DNA of 63,671 nt, filler included, from Octopus bimaculoides (GCF_001194135.2; 4 parts of 4 records of this genome joined end to end with filler, not necessarily neighbours in it); one strand, 5' to 3'; counted from the whole stretch's first letter, positions 1 to 13,151 are shown. Made by a program: numbers and translations. The notes: generated from the sequence alone by a model not told the origin.

Positions 1-91
1 CCAGACCCCCTAGGGTATAGAAACGTCTGTCAGCTAACATGTTCACGGACCCCCAGTACTACCTTAGCAGACTACAGGTTGGGAACCACTT
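1..91. mobile_element. Right end of a hAT (Charlie-like) non-autonomous DNA element
   Basis: Ends ...CAGGTTGGGAACCACT, the reverse complement of a CAGTGGTTCCCAACC-type hAT TIR, followed by TCTATAG resembling the NTCTAGAN target; left end is outside the window. Confidence 0.45.
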
Positions 92-3000
92 CTATAGTAG
101 AAGACTTGCGCAAGTGTGGGCTGGAAAGTGAACTTCTTACCCCAGCTGTGCATAACAAGAGGATTCATTAACAAAAATAAATATAAGCATATAAAACAAT
201 TATACATATTTTAATTATGTAAATTCGTTAATATCAATATAAAAGCTAATTTAACTATTTTGAATTTTTTTGAAATCTGAAATGTTTTTGTTTTTTTTCG
301 TCAAATTGTGAAATATTGATGTCTGATTTTTGGCTCTGAACCACAATTGTTGAGGAAAGAGTTCTTCCATGTGGAATTTCGATGGAGACCAAAGCAATAC
401 TTATTTTGGGTGTAAAAATAGCCAAATCAGAAATTTCCTTGGAACAAATAGAGTCAATGAAATCAACTTGATTACCTATCTTATTGATCTCAAAAAGATA
501 TCCGGCCATGATGACTGGATCGAATTTAAAGCCAGACAATAGTTATTTTGATAATACTGTTCCGTGCATAAAATTAATCAGAACATATTGATCCTTGCTA
601 TTGGCTGCAAGCAAGGTGTTCACCCAGATAAATAGTGAACTTATTTTAATAGCATTTCCCTTGAAGGCCATGTAAGAGATATTGGAATGATAGCTATAAA
701 TATTGATTACAAATTTTGGCACAAGGCCTGCAAGTTCAGGGAAGGGGGCGAGTGGATTACATCAACCCCAGGACTCAACTGGTACTTTATTAACCCTGAA
801 ATGATGAAACGCAAAGTTGGCCTCAGCTGAATTTGAACTCAGGATTTTAAAGAGAGATGAAATGCGGCTAAGCAATTTGCCTGCTTGCCACCTGCATATA
901 AATATTGCAAGACATTTATGCATTCCAGAGAAGATACTTCCCATATGTATAAACTGGGATTTTAAAATTATACCCACTTTATGTTAAGAGGTAACATAGC
1001 CCCATTTGATAGAAATTAATACAATAAATATGATTGATTAAACCTTAAGGCAGTATCCTAGCATGTCCATAATCCAGGATCCAATAAGTTGGAAGATCAC
1101 GTTTTGCTTAATATCTTTGTTTTCGCATGGTTTCTATTGCTGGATACCCTTCCAAAGATCAACCACTTTACAGAGTGTACTGGGTGCATTTATCATGACA
1201 CCAGCACTGATAGTTTTGGCTTATAACTTGCTAACCTTCAAAGTAAAAGAGATCTCCTTTGATAGATGGGACAGATTTATTTTTGTGAAAGGATCACACA
1301 CACACACACACACATGCATAAGACATACTTTTTTTAATTGGTTTCAATCATGGGCTAAGGCCATATCATGCCACTATTGTTTGAGGGTCTTCATGTGGAC
1401 CCCAGTAGTTTGTCCGATACTTATTTTATTGATTTGTATAAAAACAGTGATAACTTGATCAAATTTAAATCGTACAAGGTACCACAGGCTTCAGTCTGTG
1501 GTACATCTATTGAATTTCACTTCAGAATTTGGTCAGAGGCTGAAGACACTTGCCCAAAGTGTTACAGAGTGGGATTGAACACGCGACCATGTGATTGGAA
1601 AACAAATTTTTTAACCACATTATCATACATGTGTATGTGTAAGAATATTTGATAAACCGCCAAAATAAATATAGGAATAAAATTAAAATGTTACTTGACC
1701 GATATTGTTATCTAGAACAAGATCAAACAAAAAAAAGAAAAGGACATTATTCATTCAAATAATTTTCAAGTTCAACATATGAAAATGTAAATACTTGGAA
1801 ATTTGTTGAAAGTCGTATCAAAATGAGATTGCTGTCAAGATGTTTGTTCTCACAGACGAGACGGTTTTTGAAGGAAACATATCCAAATAGGTTTTAGTCA
1901 TATTTGTATAGCAAGAATTGATGTATCCGCATCAAAAAAATATACTCATGATAATTAAGAACTTGATAATGCACCAATTAAATTCCAATGTGTTATTACA
2001 ATGCAGTAAATACTGGTGGATAATGGTTTTCTGGTTACCATTTTTTCTACAGATGATTTGGGTAAACATCACTTCCAAATTAATTACGTACTAATGAAAC
2101 AGCTGTTGAGCAGACACAGCTTTAACCATACACTTTCATAGACTGAACTAGGATGTAGATCATGAACAATATTGGGTGGGTTGTTTTCTAATTTTTGGTG
2201 GCAATAAATGTCATGAATATATTTTTTTTCAAACCTCCAGTACCAGTATTGGGCCAGTTTGTGCTTCCTGTTTCCCTATATCAGCAGACCTACATTCTGG
2301 TGCATTCATTTAGTGAGTCATTCATTCATCATTACTTCAAAAAATACAGCGAAGACTATGTACTTTTTGCTGATGAGATCAGAATAACACTGAAACATAT
2401 CCTGGAAAATGTTTCTCTCATAATTGCCTGTAAAATTACTAATAGGGCATTTTTCTTTCGTCTTATTTTCTCACCATGTATTTATTTGCAGTTATCTTTT
2501 TAAACACTCCACGCATTAAATACAAATAGGTTGACATTTATTTTTATACTTGTTTCATTTGACTGCAGCCATGCTGGAGCACTGCCTTTACGTGCCAGTT
2601 TTTTTATCTTTTTGTGCAACTGAACGATTTCTATTTTCCTACACCACTGTGTTAATCATGTCTGTTTACTAAGTAAATCCTTCGCTGTTTAGTGGAAGAT
2701 GAAGAATGAAGTTCTCTTGATTTGCTAATAAGGACAGAATAAGTCCAAAACCTGTTTGCAACTTTTACTCTTCTACATTTCATACCAAAAAAAAAAAATT
2801 ACCAACTGATAGTTTTTTCTCACAATATTTTGTAAAATCTTTATTTTTAGACTTTAAATATTCCATGCATGAATATATGTCAACATTAAATTAGCTGTTA
2901 TTTTTCAAGTGAATAACGACCCTGAGTTTATTTAATTTCTGAAGAATTTTTAATGTTCTACACCAATAAATAATATATTTAAGACTTTTAATACTCTATG

Positions 3001-3978
3001 TATTCAATTTCTAATATGAACTTAACTGTTAATTTATTCTTTTCTATTTGTTTGTTGGAATCTGGAGACCCATTCAATCCCCATGCCAAAGCAACAATGA
3101 CCTGCAGGAGAAGTTAGGTTTTTATTTTTGACAGCAAAAGTTTTAGCAAGTCGTCACATGCTTTGTGAGAGTCTGTTTTTAAAAAAAATATTTCCATTTT
3201 GTTCTGGAAAAATTTATTTGCTGTTTTTTTTTATTTTAAAAGTATAATGACTCTTCCTTTCTCTCTCTCTCTCTCTCTCCCTCATACATGCATTTAGGCA
3301 TGTATATAAACTAAGCATATTTGTACAGCTCCTCACACCACCACCATTACAACTGCGACCAATGCTATTCGTATCACTCCCTCCACCACTAACTTACACA
3401 CACATACACACACAGCCACCCATTCTCTCATATGATAACATCCCTACAATCCCATCTTAATTTTGTGATTGTATGCTCTTTATAGTAACAAATAATCTAT
3501 TTTATGATAGATAAAAACCACTTATAGCCTCTCCCTCTCTGCTTGAGGGTGTGTCTGTGTGTGATTGATAAAGATAAGTACCAATCAAGTATAGCAGGGT
3601 TGAGGAGAGGGTTGTCAATTAAATCAACTTTACTCCTTCCCGCCTCTCAAACAAAAAAAAATACTATTTTTGTATGTCTTTGTGAGAAATCATAAATCCA
3701 CCATGCGACCTTTTGGCGCCTTTTAGCAGAGTCCATTGTCAGAAGCATTGGGACCAGGTCTTTAGTCTTGTGGTAACTTTATATTTTGACGTGTGGGTTT
3801 CTACTGCCTTTGCAACAAACCATCAGTTGTAACCTGATCATAAAAATTTCTGTTTTTAATGAATTATAAAAGTATTAAAGCAATTAAAATATGGTGACGA
3901 CGATGATCACCACCAGAGCTTAATAATGTATGTCAATCCATTTATAACAAAGTATGATTTTATTTTATTTCTTTTCAG

Positions 3979-4098
3979 GGGGGAAATGTGGTTGCAGTTC
4001 ATCCTGTAAAACCGGCAAGTGTGATAATACAGGATGTAAATGTGGTGACGATTGTAAATGCAAGGACTGTAAGGGACGCAAGTGCCAGTGCTCAGAGG
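3979..4098 (+). CDS. MT: Metallothionein, penultimate coding exon (120 nt, phase 1/1)
   Basis: Acceptor tttcttttcAG at 3977-78, donor GTGAGT at 4099. Encodes GKCGCSSSCKTGKCDNTGCKCGDDCKCKDCKGRKCQCSE (11 Cys), aligning to mollusc MT CKCGDDCKC motifs. Confidence 0.93.
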
Positions 4099-5678
4099 GT
4101 GAGTCACTCCTTCTATCTGTAACATGTTGTCTTTGATTCCCACAAAATGGTTCATTCATTTCAATGTGTGCGTATAGGGGGATGCGGTGGATGAAAATAT
4201 GTACATTAATAAAATAATAGTACCAAGTCAAAACATTTTGTTTTCAAAGTTTGCAGCCCTCTTCCTGTTTACGGAAATTATTATGAATGGTGGTTTTTAT
4301 ACTTTGTAATTCCTGGGGTTGATTTCTTTGACTAATAGGTGGTGCTCCAGCATGGCTGCAATCAAATGACTGAAACAAGTAAAAGAATAAAAGAATATTA
4401 AAGTCCACATGTTTAAAAGAATAATCATTCCCTTCCCCCTCCCCTCAAATATACACTAAATTTAGAATGCAATCATGTTGGGGCACTACCTTCTAGCAAT
4501 GAAGCGATTAATCATTTATATTGACCTCCAGTATATATTTTACTGACTTGTGAAGGGTGATACATAAAATTGAAACTGGGCAGGTATGGCATGGTTTTTT
4601 TTTTAAAGCTTGGTCTCCTTCAGTTTTGGTAAAATCAGAAACGTTCTTGTCTGAATCTACCTAATTCCTTAATCTCAAAGAGAGGAGATTGAGGAAACCT
4701 CCAGGCATTGTAATTAAAACTAAACCACAAGACAGAGAGCTCACTGTCCAACTATAGATTACTTCTGGCTTTATGGTGTTCACCACAAGAATTATTATAA
4801 GAGCATGGATCCTCATTGAAGGAGGGACCTATTTTAAAGTTTAGGCTGTATGGTCCATCATCTCACAACACAACAAGCATCTGTTTAGTTTATATTTCTA
4901 ATCTGGTCCTTGTTGGATGACTACAAATATCTTAATATTTATGATCTGGTCACCCTAGATAACCAACAGTTTTCCCGAGTAATCCTTTTTTTTTTTTAAA
5001 CATTATTTGGAGTTCTGAAATAAGTTATTGTAAAAATAAACTATCTCAACTAATTAATTTTATGTCTTCAGTATTTTCTCTCTGAACTTATTTACACAAA
5101 TATTTTAGTGATTACTAGTTTTTCAAATGTTGCTTTTCTTAACATTGTAGTTTCTCAAACTTCTACATTGTTAATGACCAACTAGAAATGGCAACCAAAA
5201 TCCTTCCATTTTAACGAACATGTATTATAATCCCAGATGCACTCTGCTTGAACAGAAAGCAAGATGTTAGAGCTGACCATAAATTTTCTTGATCAGTGGG
5301 TAAGCAACAAGTAACACTATGAACCATGGGGGCAGGGAACCCTATCTTGTCACACTTCCTGCTAGAAAAATATAAATAGATTTCACACCTTACTGCCTTA
5401 AAGACAGCTTAGTTCTAGGCAATGTTTTGGAAAAAGAAAGAACAGGGCAATGTCAGGATTGTCATTGCAACAATGCTTTTTTTTTTCTTCATTTAATTGA
5501 TCTTTGTTGACCTATAGCTCTTTCAATCTCTTCTCTCTTAAATTCTATTTCGTAATCTTCAGTTTGTCAATATCATTTAACATCTGCCTTCTGTGCTGAC
5601 ATAGTCCTATGTCTAGTTTGGCATTGTTTCTACAGCTTGATGCCCTTCCTAATGCTAAGTTTCTAATTTTTATTTCAG

Positions 5679-5737
5679 GCAATTGCAAATGTGACTCCGG
5701 CTGCAAGCATGGCTCAGAGAAGAGTTGCTGCAAGTAG
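5679..5737 (+). CDS. MT: Metallothionein, last coding exon
   Basis: Acceptor ttttatttcAG at 5677-78; phase 1 joins the previous exon to give GNCKCDSGCKHGSEKSCCK-TAG. Not in the supplied ORF track. Exon 1 not identified. Confidence 0.9.
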
Positions 5738-5828
5738 AGAAACCACAAACACTTTGACTATGTTCTTTGTAGTTCTTCATTCATTGCTTTCATGTGTTTC
5801 TTTACTTGAATGATCAATTAATTATATT

Positions 5829-5839
5829 AATAAAATAAA
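5829..5839 (+). promoter_or_regulatory. Tandem AATAAA polyadenylation signals of the MT gene
   Basis: AATAAA at 5829-5834 and 5834-5839, about 90 nt after the MT stop. Confidence 0.7.
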
Positions 5840-6056
5840 ATGAATTGATTCAAATTTGTCTTGACTGTTTTTCTTAAACGAAATACACAAATTGGTTTCA
5901 TTTTGAGAGATTTAATAAAATAAATTTTGGTTACAATTCCTGAGGTGGATGCAGAACAGGAACGTATCTATTCTCGATATGTTCTGGCAGATTCAAGTGT
6001 GAATTATGTGATTACCGTTTTCCGTCATCAGACAATATCTGCTACCTTTTAAATAA

Positions 6057-6392
6057 TATGTGGTGTATTGTTGTGTAACTTCGGTCATGACTGACCATGG
6101 GATTGCACCTAAAAAGTTCCCCTCCAAGGCACAAGTCCGGGCAAGGTTGTTTGTGGAAGACCAACAGTCACCTATGCATACCGGCCTCCCTTCTCCATGC
6201 CACCAGTGTTATCCAAGGGAAAGACAAAGGGGCCGATACAGCTTGGCACCAGTGATATCACAACTCATTTCTACAGCTGAGTGAAATAAAATATCTTGCT
6301 CAAGAACACAACACACAGTCTGGTCTTGAAATCGAACTCACAACCTCATGATTGTGAGACCGATGCTCTAACCACTGAGCCATGCACCTCCA
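6057..6392 (-). mobile_element. tRNA-derived SINE
   Basis: Minus-strand head with A box TGGCTCAGTGG (6382-6372) and B box GAGTTCGATTT (6339-6329), followed by a non-tRNA body; left boundary approximate. Confidence 0.75.
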
Positions 6393-7115
6393 AAACCTAG
6401 TGTAGTGATGGTGAATTGCAGTACAGCATAGTATATTGTAGTGGTGTATACTGCAGCGTAATGTAATGAGGTGGTGATGGTGATGATGATGACAATGACA
6501 ACTACATGTATAATTGGAGCTACCGTTAATGTCTAACAAGTTTGAGGTTAACGAGCATTTAATTACTGCTGTTTATCTCTGTAGAAGCTACGTTCAATTG
6601 TTAACTGAATTTAACTTATAATGAAAGAATAATTAAGTTGTGGTGGGTCTGATTACAAGAAAATAACAATGGTAATGAGGTTAAAGGTGTTAGAATTGCT
6701 AACCACATGATCACAGGTTCAAATCTTACCACTGTGGTCATTGAGTTCATTGCTCTGCTTGCTCCAATGGTAGCTGTGTGGTTAAGAAGCTTGCTTCCCA
6801 AACATGTAGTCACAGGTTCAGTTACACTGCACTGCACCTTGGGAAAGCGTCTTCTATAGCCCAAGGTCAAATGAAGTCTTGTGAATGGATTTGGTTGACA
6901 GGAACTGAAAGAAGCCTGTTGTGTGTAGGTGTATTTGTGTGCACCCCTGTGACATCACAGGAGGGTTGTGAATGAGCATCGTCGTATGTGAATGAGTATG
7001 TCGCTGGGTCAGAGAGGACCTGATGTAATACTATGTTTATGGACCAATGGTGACAGCATGTCTGTAGGCCAGAGGGAACTAGAGCTAGGGTTCAAAGAGG
7101 ACAGTTTATGGGTCA

Positions 7116-7282
7116 AGGGAGACAGCTTGTTTGTAGCCGAAAGGGCACAGTATATATCTGTGAACTAAGGGAGACAGCAGGTTTGTAACCGAGGGGGCAC
7201 AGTATATCTGTGAGCTAAGGGAGACAGCAAGTTTGTAGCCGAGATGGCACATTGTATATCTGCGAACTAAAGGAGACAGCAG
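7116..7282. repeat. Minisatellite, 50-52 bp unit, about 3.3 copies
   Basis: Unit AAGGGAGACAGCNNGTTTGTAGCCGAGNGGGCACAGTATATCTGTGARCT repeated contiguously with no spacers. Confidence 0.85.
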
Positions 7283-7949
7283 TCAGAAACTGGAGTGGCA
7301 TTGTAAGTTCTTAGCAACCAGTCTGACAGCCTTTTGTGGGAGAGGGAGTGTAGTTTTGATCTCTCTCTGTCTATATATATATATGTGTATATATATATAT
7401 GTCACCATCCCAGATGTGGGAGCTGTATTCTATGTGAACCATACACTCATTGGTTACAGAACAAACTCAACTCACCACTTCACACAGAAATCTGAAGATA
7501 ACACATTACATACATAAACACACGCAAACTTGAAATTAATGATAACAGCAAAGAACAACCAAACATACCAAACCGTTCGGAGGAAAACGAAGAAAATTAA
7601 CATTAAAAGCCCCCACCCCACCCCACCCTGATAAGTTGTGACTTTACAAACAAACGGATGTAAACACAAAGAGCTCAAGATAAATTATCATTAAACTGAA
7701 TAATTACCAACTANNNNNNNNNNNNNNNNNNNNNNNNNNNNNNNNNNNNNNNNNNNNNNNNNNNNNNNNNNNNNNNNNNNNNNNNNNNNNNNNNNNNNNN
7801 NNNNNNNNNNNNNNNNNNNNNNNNNNNNNNNNNNNNNNNNNNNNNNNNNNNNNNNNNNNNNNNNNNNNNNNNNNNNNNNNNNNNNNNNNNNNNNNNNNNN
7901 NNNNNNNNNNNNNNNNNNNNNNNNNNNNNNNNNNNNNNNNNNNNNNNCA

Positions 7950-8199
7950 GGGGAATGGTGGCGAACCCTGCTGTACTCTTTCACCACAACTTTCTCTCAC
8001 TCTTACTTCCTGTTTCTGTTGTGCCCGTAATTCATAAGGATCAGCCTTGTCACACCGTGTCACGCTGAATATCCCTGAGAACTGCGTTAAGGGTACACGT
8101 GTCTGTGGAGTGCTCAGCCACTTGCACGTTAATTTCACGAGGAGGCTGTTCCGTTGATCGGATCAACTGGAACCCTCGACGTCGTAAGCGACAGAGTGC

Positions 8200-8210
<11 letters not shown>
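7950..8210 (+). mobile_element. SINE with (CAA)n tail, copy 1 (5' part in gap)
   Basis: Close match to 13445-13710, including GTGTCTGTGGAGTGCTCAGCCACTTGCACGTTAATTTCACGAG and the CAA tail. Confidence 0.8.
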
Positions 8211-8232
<22 letters not shown>

Positions 8233-8414
8233 AAGGAGACCACTGTGGTCTCCTTTATATATTTATATATACAATAATCCTTTGAGATCTCAAATATTTT
8301 TTCTGAATCTCCTTGATTCTTTGAATGTGTTTGTTCCCTGGTATTAAAGTGATATTAATTAATATCCAATTTTTTACCCTACTGCTTTAATTTAATTATG
8401 TATGTGTGTGTGTG

Positions 8415-8890
8415 TACGAGATCTGATCAAAAAGTATTTGGGACTGTTGCTATGGTAACAGCTAAAGTACACAGTGAAGCCTCTTGGCACAGATTGACCT
8501 TGAACTCTGTTTCCCATGCATCTTAAGTTATAATGTCGTCGCACTTTTGTTGGTTTATAGCAGTGCTTCTTAGAGGTAGTGTGTGATCGTCTCGAGAAGA
8601 TCAGGTTTCAGCTGTACAGGATCTCTTTCATTATGGTGAGGAAGAGAAAGATTGTTTGAAAGCATTCATAGCATTTGACAAATTGTGGGGTTTATGGCTA
8701 CGGTCATGAAACCAAGACAAAAATCAAACCCCACTTGACAGGAACAAGATTTGGAGACATTGTGTTAATTCAAGAGAATGTGATGAGGTAGTTGCTTGCT
8801 ATCCGAAAAAAACGGTGTTCCAGGAATGTTTCTATCAATGCAAATAACACTGTGCCTTCAGAAAGAACTCTACAACACATCGTCAATTTG
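8415..8890 (+). mobile_element. Internally deleted, decayed mariner element
   Basis: Starts TA-CGAGATCTGATCAAAAAGTA (mariner-type TIR). Relic peptides FDKLWxxYGxxxETK (TGDETWVYGYDPETK-like) and LTGTRFGDI (LKGRRF-like). Right end approximate. Confidence 0.65.
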
Positions 8891-8955
8891 GCATGGAATA
8901 TTCAAAGAATAAATGCCAAATTGACGTGTGTTGTAGTTTTCTTTTTATATCACCA

Positions 8956-9122
8956 TAGGCGTAGGAATGGCTGTGTGGTAAATAGCTTGCTTACTAACCA
9001 CATGGTTCCGAGTTCAGTCCCACTGCATGGAACCTTGGGCAAGTGTCTTCTACTACAGCCTCGGGCCGACCAAAGCCTTGTGAGTGGATTTGGTAGATGG
9101 AAACTGAAAGAAGCCCGTCGTA

Positions 9123-9125
<3 letters not shown>
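8956..9125 (+). mobile_element. tRNA-head SINE ending in (TA)n
   Basis: TGGCTGTGTGGTAA A-box-like and GAGTTCAGTCCC B-box-like head; degenerate relatives near 6770-6930 and 59280-59390. Confidence 0.75.
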
Positions 9126-9153
<28 letters not shown>

Positions 9154-10744
9154 NNNNNNNNNNNNNNNNNNNNNNNNNNNNNNNNNNNNNNNNNNNNNNN
9201 NNNNNNNNNNNNNNNNNNNNNNNNNNNNNNNNNNNNNNNNNNNNNNNNNNNNNNNNNNNNNNNNNNNNNNNNNNNNNNNNNNNNNNNNNNNNNNNNNNNN
9301 NNNNNNNNNNNNNNNNNNNNNNNNNNNNNNNNNNNNNNNNNNNNNNNNNNNNNNNNNNNNNNNNNNNNNNNNNNNNNNNNNNNNNNNNNNNNNNNNNNNN
9401 NNNNNNNNNNNNNNNNNNNNNNNNNNNNNNNNNNNNNNNNNNNNNNNNNNNNNNNNNNNNNNNNNNNNNNNNNNNNNNNNNNNNNNNNNNNNNNNNNNNN
9501 NNNNNNNNNNNNNNNNNNNNNNNNNNNNNNNNNNNNNNNNNNNNNNNNNNNNNNNNNNNNNNNNNNNNNNNNNNNNNNNNNNNNNNNNNNNNNNNNNNNN
9601 NNNNNNNNNNNNNNNNNNNNNNNNNNNNNNNNNNNNNNNNNNNNNNNNNNNNNNNNNNNNNNNNNNNNNNNNNNNNNNNNNNNNNNNNNNNNNNNNNNNN
9701 NNNNNNNNNNNNNNNNNNNNNNNNNNNNNNNAAAGTCCTTACACATGCCACAGGCACAAGTGCCAGAAAGGCGACGCTGGGCACTTTAATGTTTTGTGAA
9801 ACCGTTTTCTTTATGTGTTTCAAGTATATTTTTTAATGCCATTTCCTTTTTTCTTTTTCTTTTTGCTGTGGGGGCAATGGGTTTAATTTTATTGAAAGTT
9901 CTTAGAAAGACAATATAATTGTATAAGTAGCTACCAGTAGTTACGAAATCGAAATTATTCGTCGTCGTCGTTTAATGTCCNNNNNNNNNNCATTTAATGT
10001 CCGCTTTCCATGCTAGCATGGGTTGGACGATTTGACTGAGGACCCGTGAAACCAGATGGCTACACCAGGCTCCAATCTGAAGGCAAAATAAACTAGCAAA
10101 AATGGTACTTCTGACATTCCACTGGCACAGATACCAAAGTTCCAGTAATTACAGAAATCTGTAGAACTGCTGCAATAAGTGAGTGAATCTGAGAGGGGAA
10201 TACGTTGGGTAAAATCATAATTAAGGGTGTACTTAATCTTGTACTTTCTTTTACCCAAAGCCAGGAACATTTCGGCAACCCCTCATAAAATGATGATGAT
10301 GATAATGATGATGATTTTGCTGATGATGATGACGATGACATACGGACGTGCACACATATATTTCCCTGGCATTGAATTATTATATCAGTTTATCAACGTT
10401 ATCATTGATAACGATCACATCACATATTGTCGTTTAATTGAGTTCTTCTTAATCTGCAACATGTCCCTTCAGCTCATGTGACATAATTATGTGAATTTAA
10501 TTCGGGGTTTATGTACACTTATCTTGGCACTGCCCCCACACATACACACACACACACTGTAAAATATATCTATTTACAAGCAAAGGGGATTGAGAAGACG
10601 GGGTGGGACTTATAAGTCACTGGGTGTTATGAAAGGCTAAGTTGACCTTGACACAGCATTGTTTGGTATTTAGTCATGCTTTTTGCTGTCTTTACCACTC
10701 TGCTGCTGTTCCTGCAACTGCTGCTGCTACTACTGCAACTACTG

Positions 10745-10818
<74 letters not shown>

Positions 10819-11455
10819 CCTTTCTACTAAAGGCACAAGGCCTGAAATTTTGGAGGGGGGCACTAGTCGATTGCATCAACCCCACTGTATCACTGGTACT
10901 TAATTTATTGACCCTGAAAGAATGAAGCACACATCTACTAACAACCAACATGCACCGTGGATTGTTCAAGTTCAAACGGCTGCTATTTGGACTCATCCAT
11001 TTCTAACCGCAAAAGCTGCATCCAGTGGGAAAAGGAACTGGTAGTAAAATGTAGATTTGGTTTCAAATCCTGGCTTTGAACCTAGGAAGCTATTTGTTAC
11101 AGTAAGTTTCCAATTACTTTTTTGAATTAACTCTGTCCCTGCTTGCATTTGGCATTTGGGTTGCTGAATAATGAGACAGAAATCAAAAAGGTCAAACAGA
11201 ACTTACTTTTCTTTCTCCTGCAGGTGGATATATTGTTGAGGAGGGGGAACCATGGGAAAATGAGCCAAGGNNNNNNNNNNNNNNNNNNNNNNNNNNNNNN
11301 NNNNNNNNNNNNNNNNNNNNNNNNNNNNNNNNNNNNNNNNNNNNNNNNNNNNNNNNNNNNNNNNNNNNNNNNNNNNNNNNNNNNNNNNNNNNNNNNNNNN
11401 NNNNNNNNNNNNNNNNNNNNNNNNNNNNNNNNNNNNNNNNNNNNNNNNNNTACAA

Positions 11456-11490
<35 letters not shown>

Positions 11491-11492
11491 GA

Positions 11493-11526
<34 letters not shown>

Positions 11527-13009
11527 GCATGATAGAGAAATATGTGCAGAAAAATTAATAACAAAAAAAAGAGAAACAGATAGACAAGCAGGCACACACA
11601 CATACACATATGTGCACACATGCGCACACACACACACACATATATATAGATAGAGGTAGCATATAATATTTTGTAATATATAATCCCACTCTTATAAGCC
11701 AAAATGCTATGTTTGCATATGCACTGATGTATATTCATATACACATTTGCGCTTATCTGTTTGTTTGTATGTATGTGTCCATAGATGTGTGTGTGTGTGT
11801 GTGTGTGTTCGTGTATGCATATGTGTGTGTATGTTTACCTATGTCTTTTTGTTTAGTGCTGAACGCTTGACAAGAATACATAAATGCCTTTTGTTACAGC
11901 AAATACGTGAGCTTACATAATAACGGATATATTTTTGTCCCCCACCACATGCAAAATAACCTGCAAATAACATTGTTACATGAAGACATTTTCACAACAG
12001 ATTCATATGCAAATACAAGCATGCATAGACTTGATCTCTGCACAACCCCATACAAAGCAACACATATAGATATGTGGGTACATAGACACATGTTCACCTT
12101 CTCTTCTTATTTTTACTATTGTATGTAAATCATTGCCTTTTTATTTGATAATTGATTGCCCAACAATAGTTTCCAGAAGTTCAGTGAAATCAATGTTGCC
12201 ATTCTAGATGTCGGCAAAGCTCTTGTCTCAACGTCTGGCTTCTGAATATTTTATCATAATTTCCTGTCTGCAGGTGGTTCCACCCATCTTTCATCCCTTG
12301 GAATGGTGAGCTCCCAAGCTCCCTATAGGATTGTGTCATCATGATATGTGACGACGGAAGTCTTTCTGACCAACTCTCAATCAACTCTGGGTATTTACCA
12401 GGGGGGGGGGGTTTAGTTTTGTTCCCCTAATCTCTTTCTGCCCCATTCAACAGGGCCCACTCTTGTGCAGATGATATGACCCTTGATTTCCTCCCTAACC
12501 TTCCTCAACCATCATCCACACTCAATCATTATCATCATCATCNNNNNNNNNNNNNNNNNNNNNNNNNNNNNNNNNNNNNNNNNNNNNNNNNNNNNNNNNN
12601 NNNNNNNNNNNNNNNNNNNNNNNNNNNNNNNNNNNNNNNNNNNNNNNNNNNNNNNNNNNNNNNNNNNNNNNNNNNNNNNNNNNNNNNNNNNNNNNNNNNN
12701 NNNNNNNNNNNNNNNNNNNNNNNNNNNNNNNNNNNNNNNNNNNNNNNNNNNNNNNNNNNNNNNNNNNNNNNNNNNNNNNNNNNNNNNNNNNNNNNNNNNN
12801 NNNNNNNNNNNNNNNNNNNNNNNNNNNNNNNNNNNNNNNNNNNNNNNNNNNNNNNNNNNNNNNNNNNNNNNNNNNNNNNNNNNNNNNNNNNNNNNNNNNN
12901 NNNNNNNNNNNNNNNNNNNNNNNNNNNNNNNNNNNNNNNNNNNNNNNNNNNNNNNNNNNNNNNNNNNNNNNNNNNNNNNNNNNNNNNNNNNNNNNNNNNN
13001 NNNNNNNNN

Positions 13010-13027
13010 NNCTCCTCCTCCTCCTCC

Positions 13028-13059
<32 letters not shown>

Positions 13060-13120
13060 GTCGTCGTTGTCATAAAAATCATCATCATCCATCATCATCA
13101 TCATCATCACCATCGCCATC

Positions 13121-13151
<31 letters not shown>

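Noticed and set aside
255-542. 94-aa minus ORF with an in-register 57-aa plus ORF (369-542)
   Set aside because: The 470-535 part aligns to a degenerate copy of the abundant SINE (TACTTATTTTATCGACCCCGAAAGGATGAAAGGC...GAATTTGAACTCAG); no recognisable protein motif.
2370-2405. CTGATGA...GAAACATAT hammerhead-like spacing
   Set aside because: No pairable stem II, helix III or stem I.
3097-3112. Possible MT exon 1 (ATG ACC TGC AGG AGA A / GTTAGG, phase 1)
   Set aside because: Phase fits, but the peptide lacks the expected PCNC-type start, the donor is weak, and I saw no TGCRCNC metal-response elements nearby; exon 1 may lie outside the window.
7116-7282. Regular repeat resembling a CRISPR array
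   Set aside because: Contiguous units with no unique spacers; eukaryotic context.
9971-10002. Short direct repeat around a 10-N gap
   Set aside because: Contig-overlap artefact.
12190-12384. 64-aa minus ORF and a YHDD-like RT motif in another frame
   Set aside because: No flanking RT motifs or recognisable homology; interrupted by stops.
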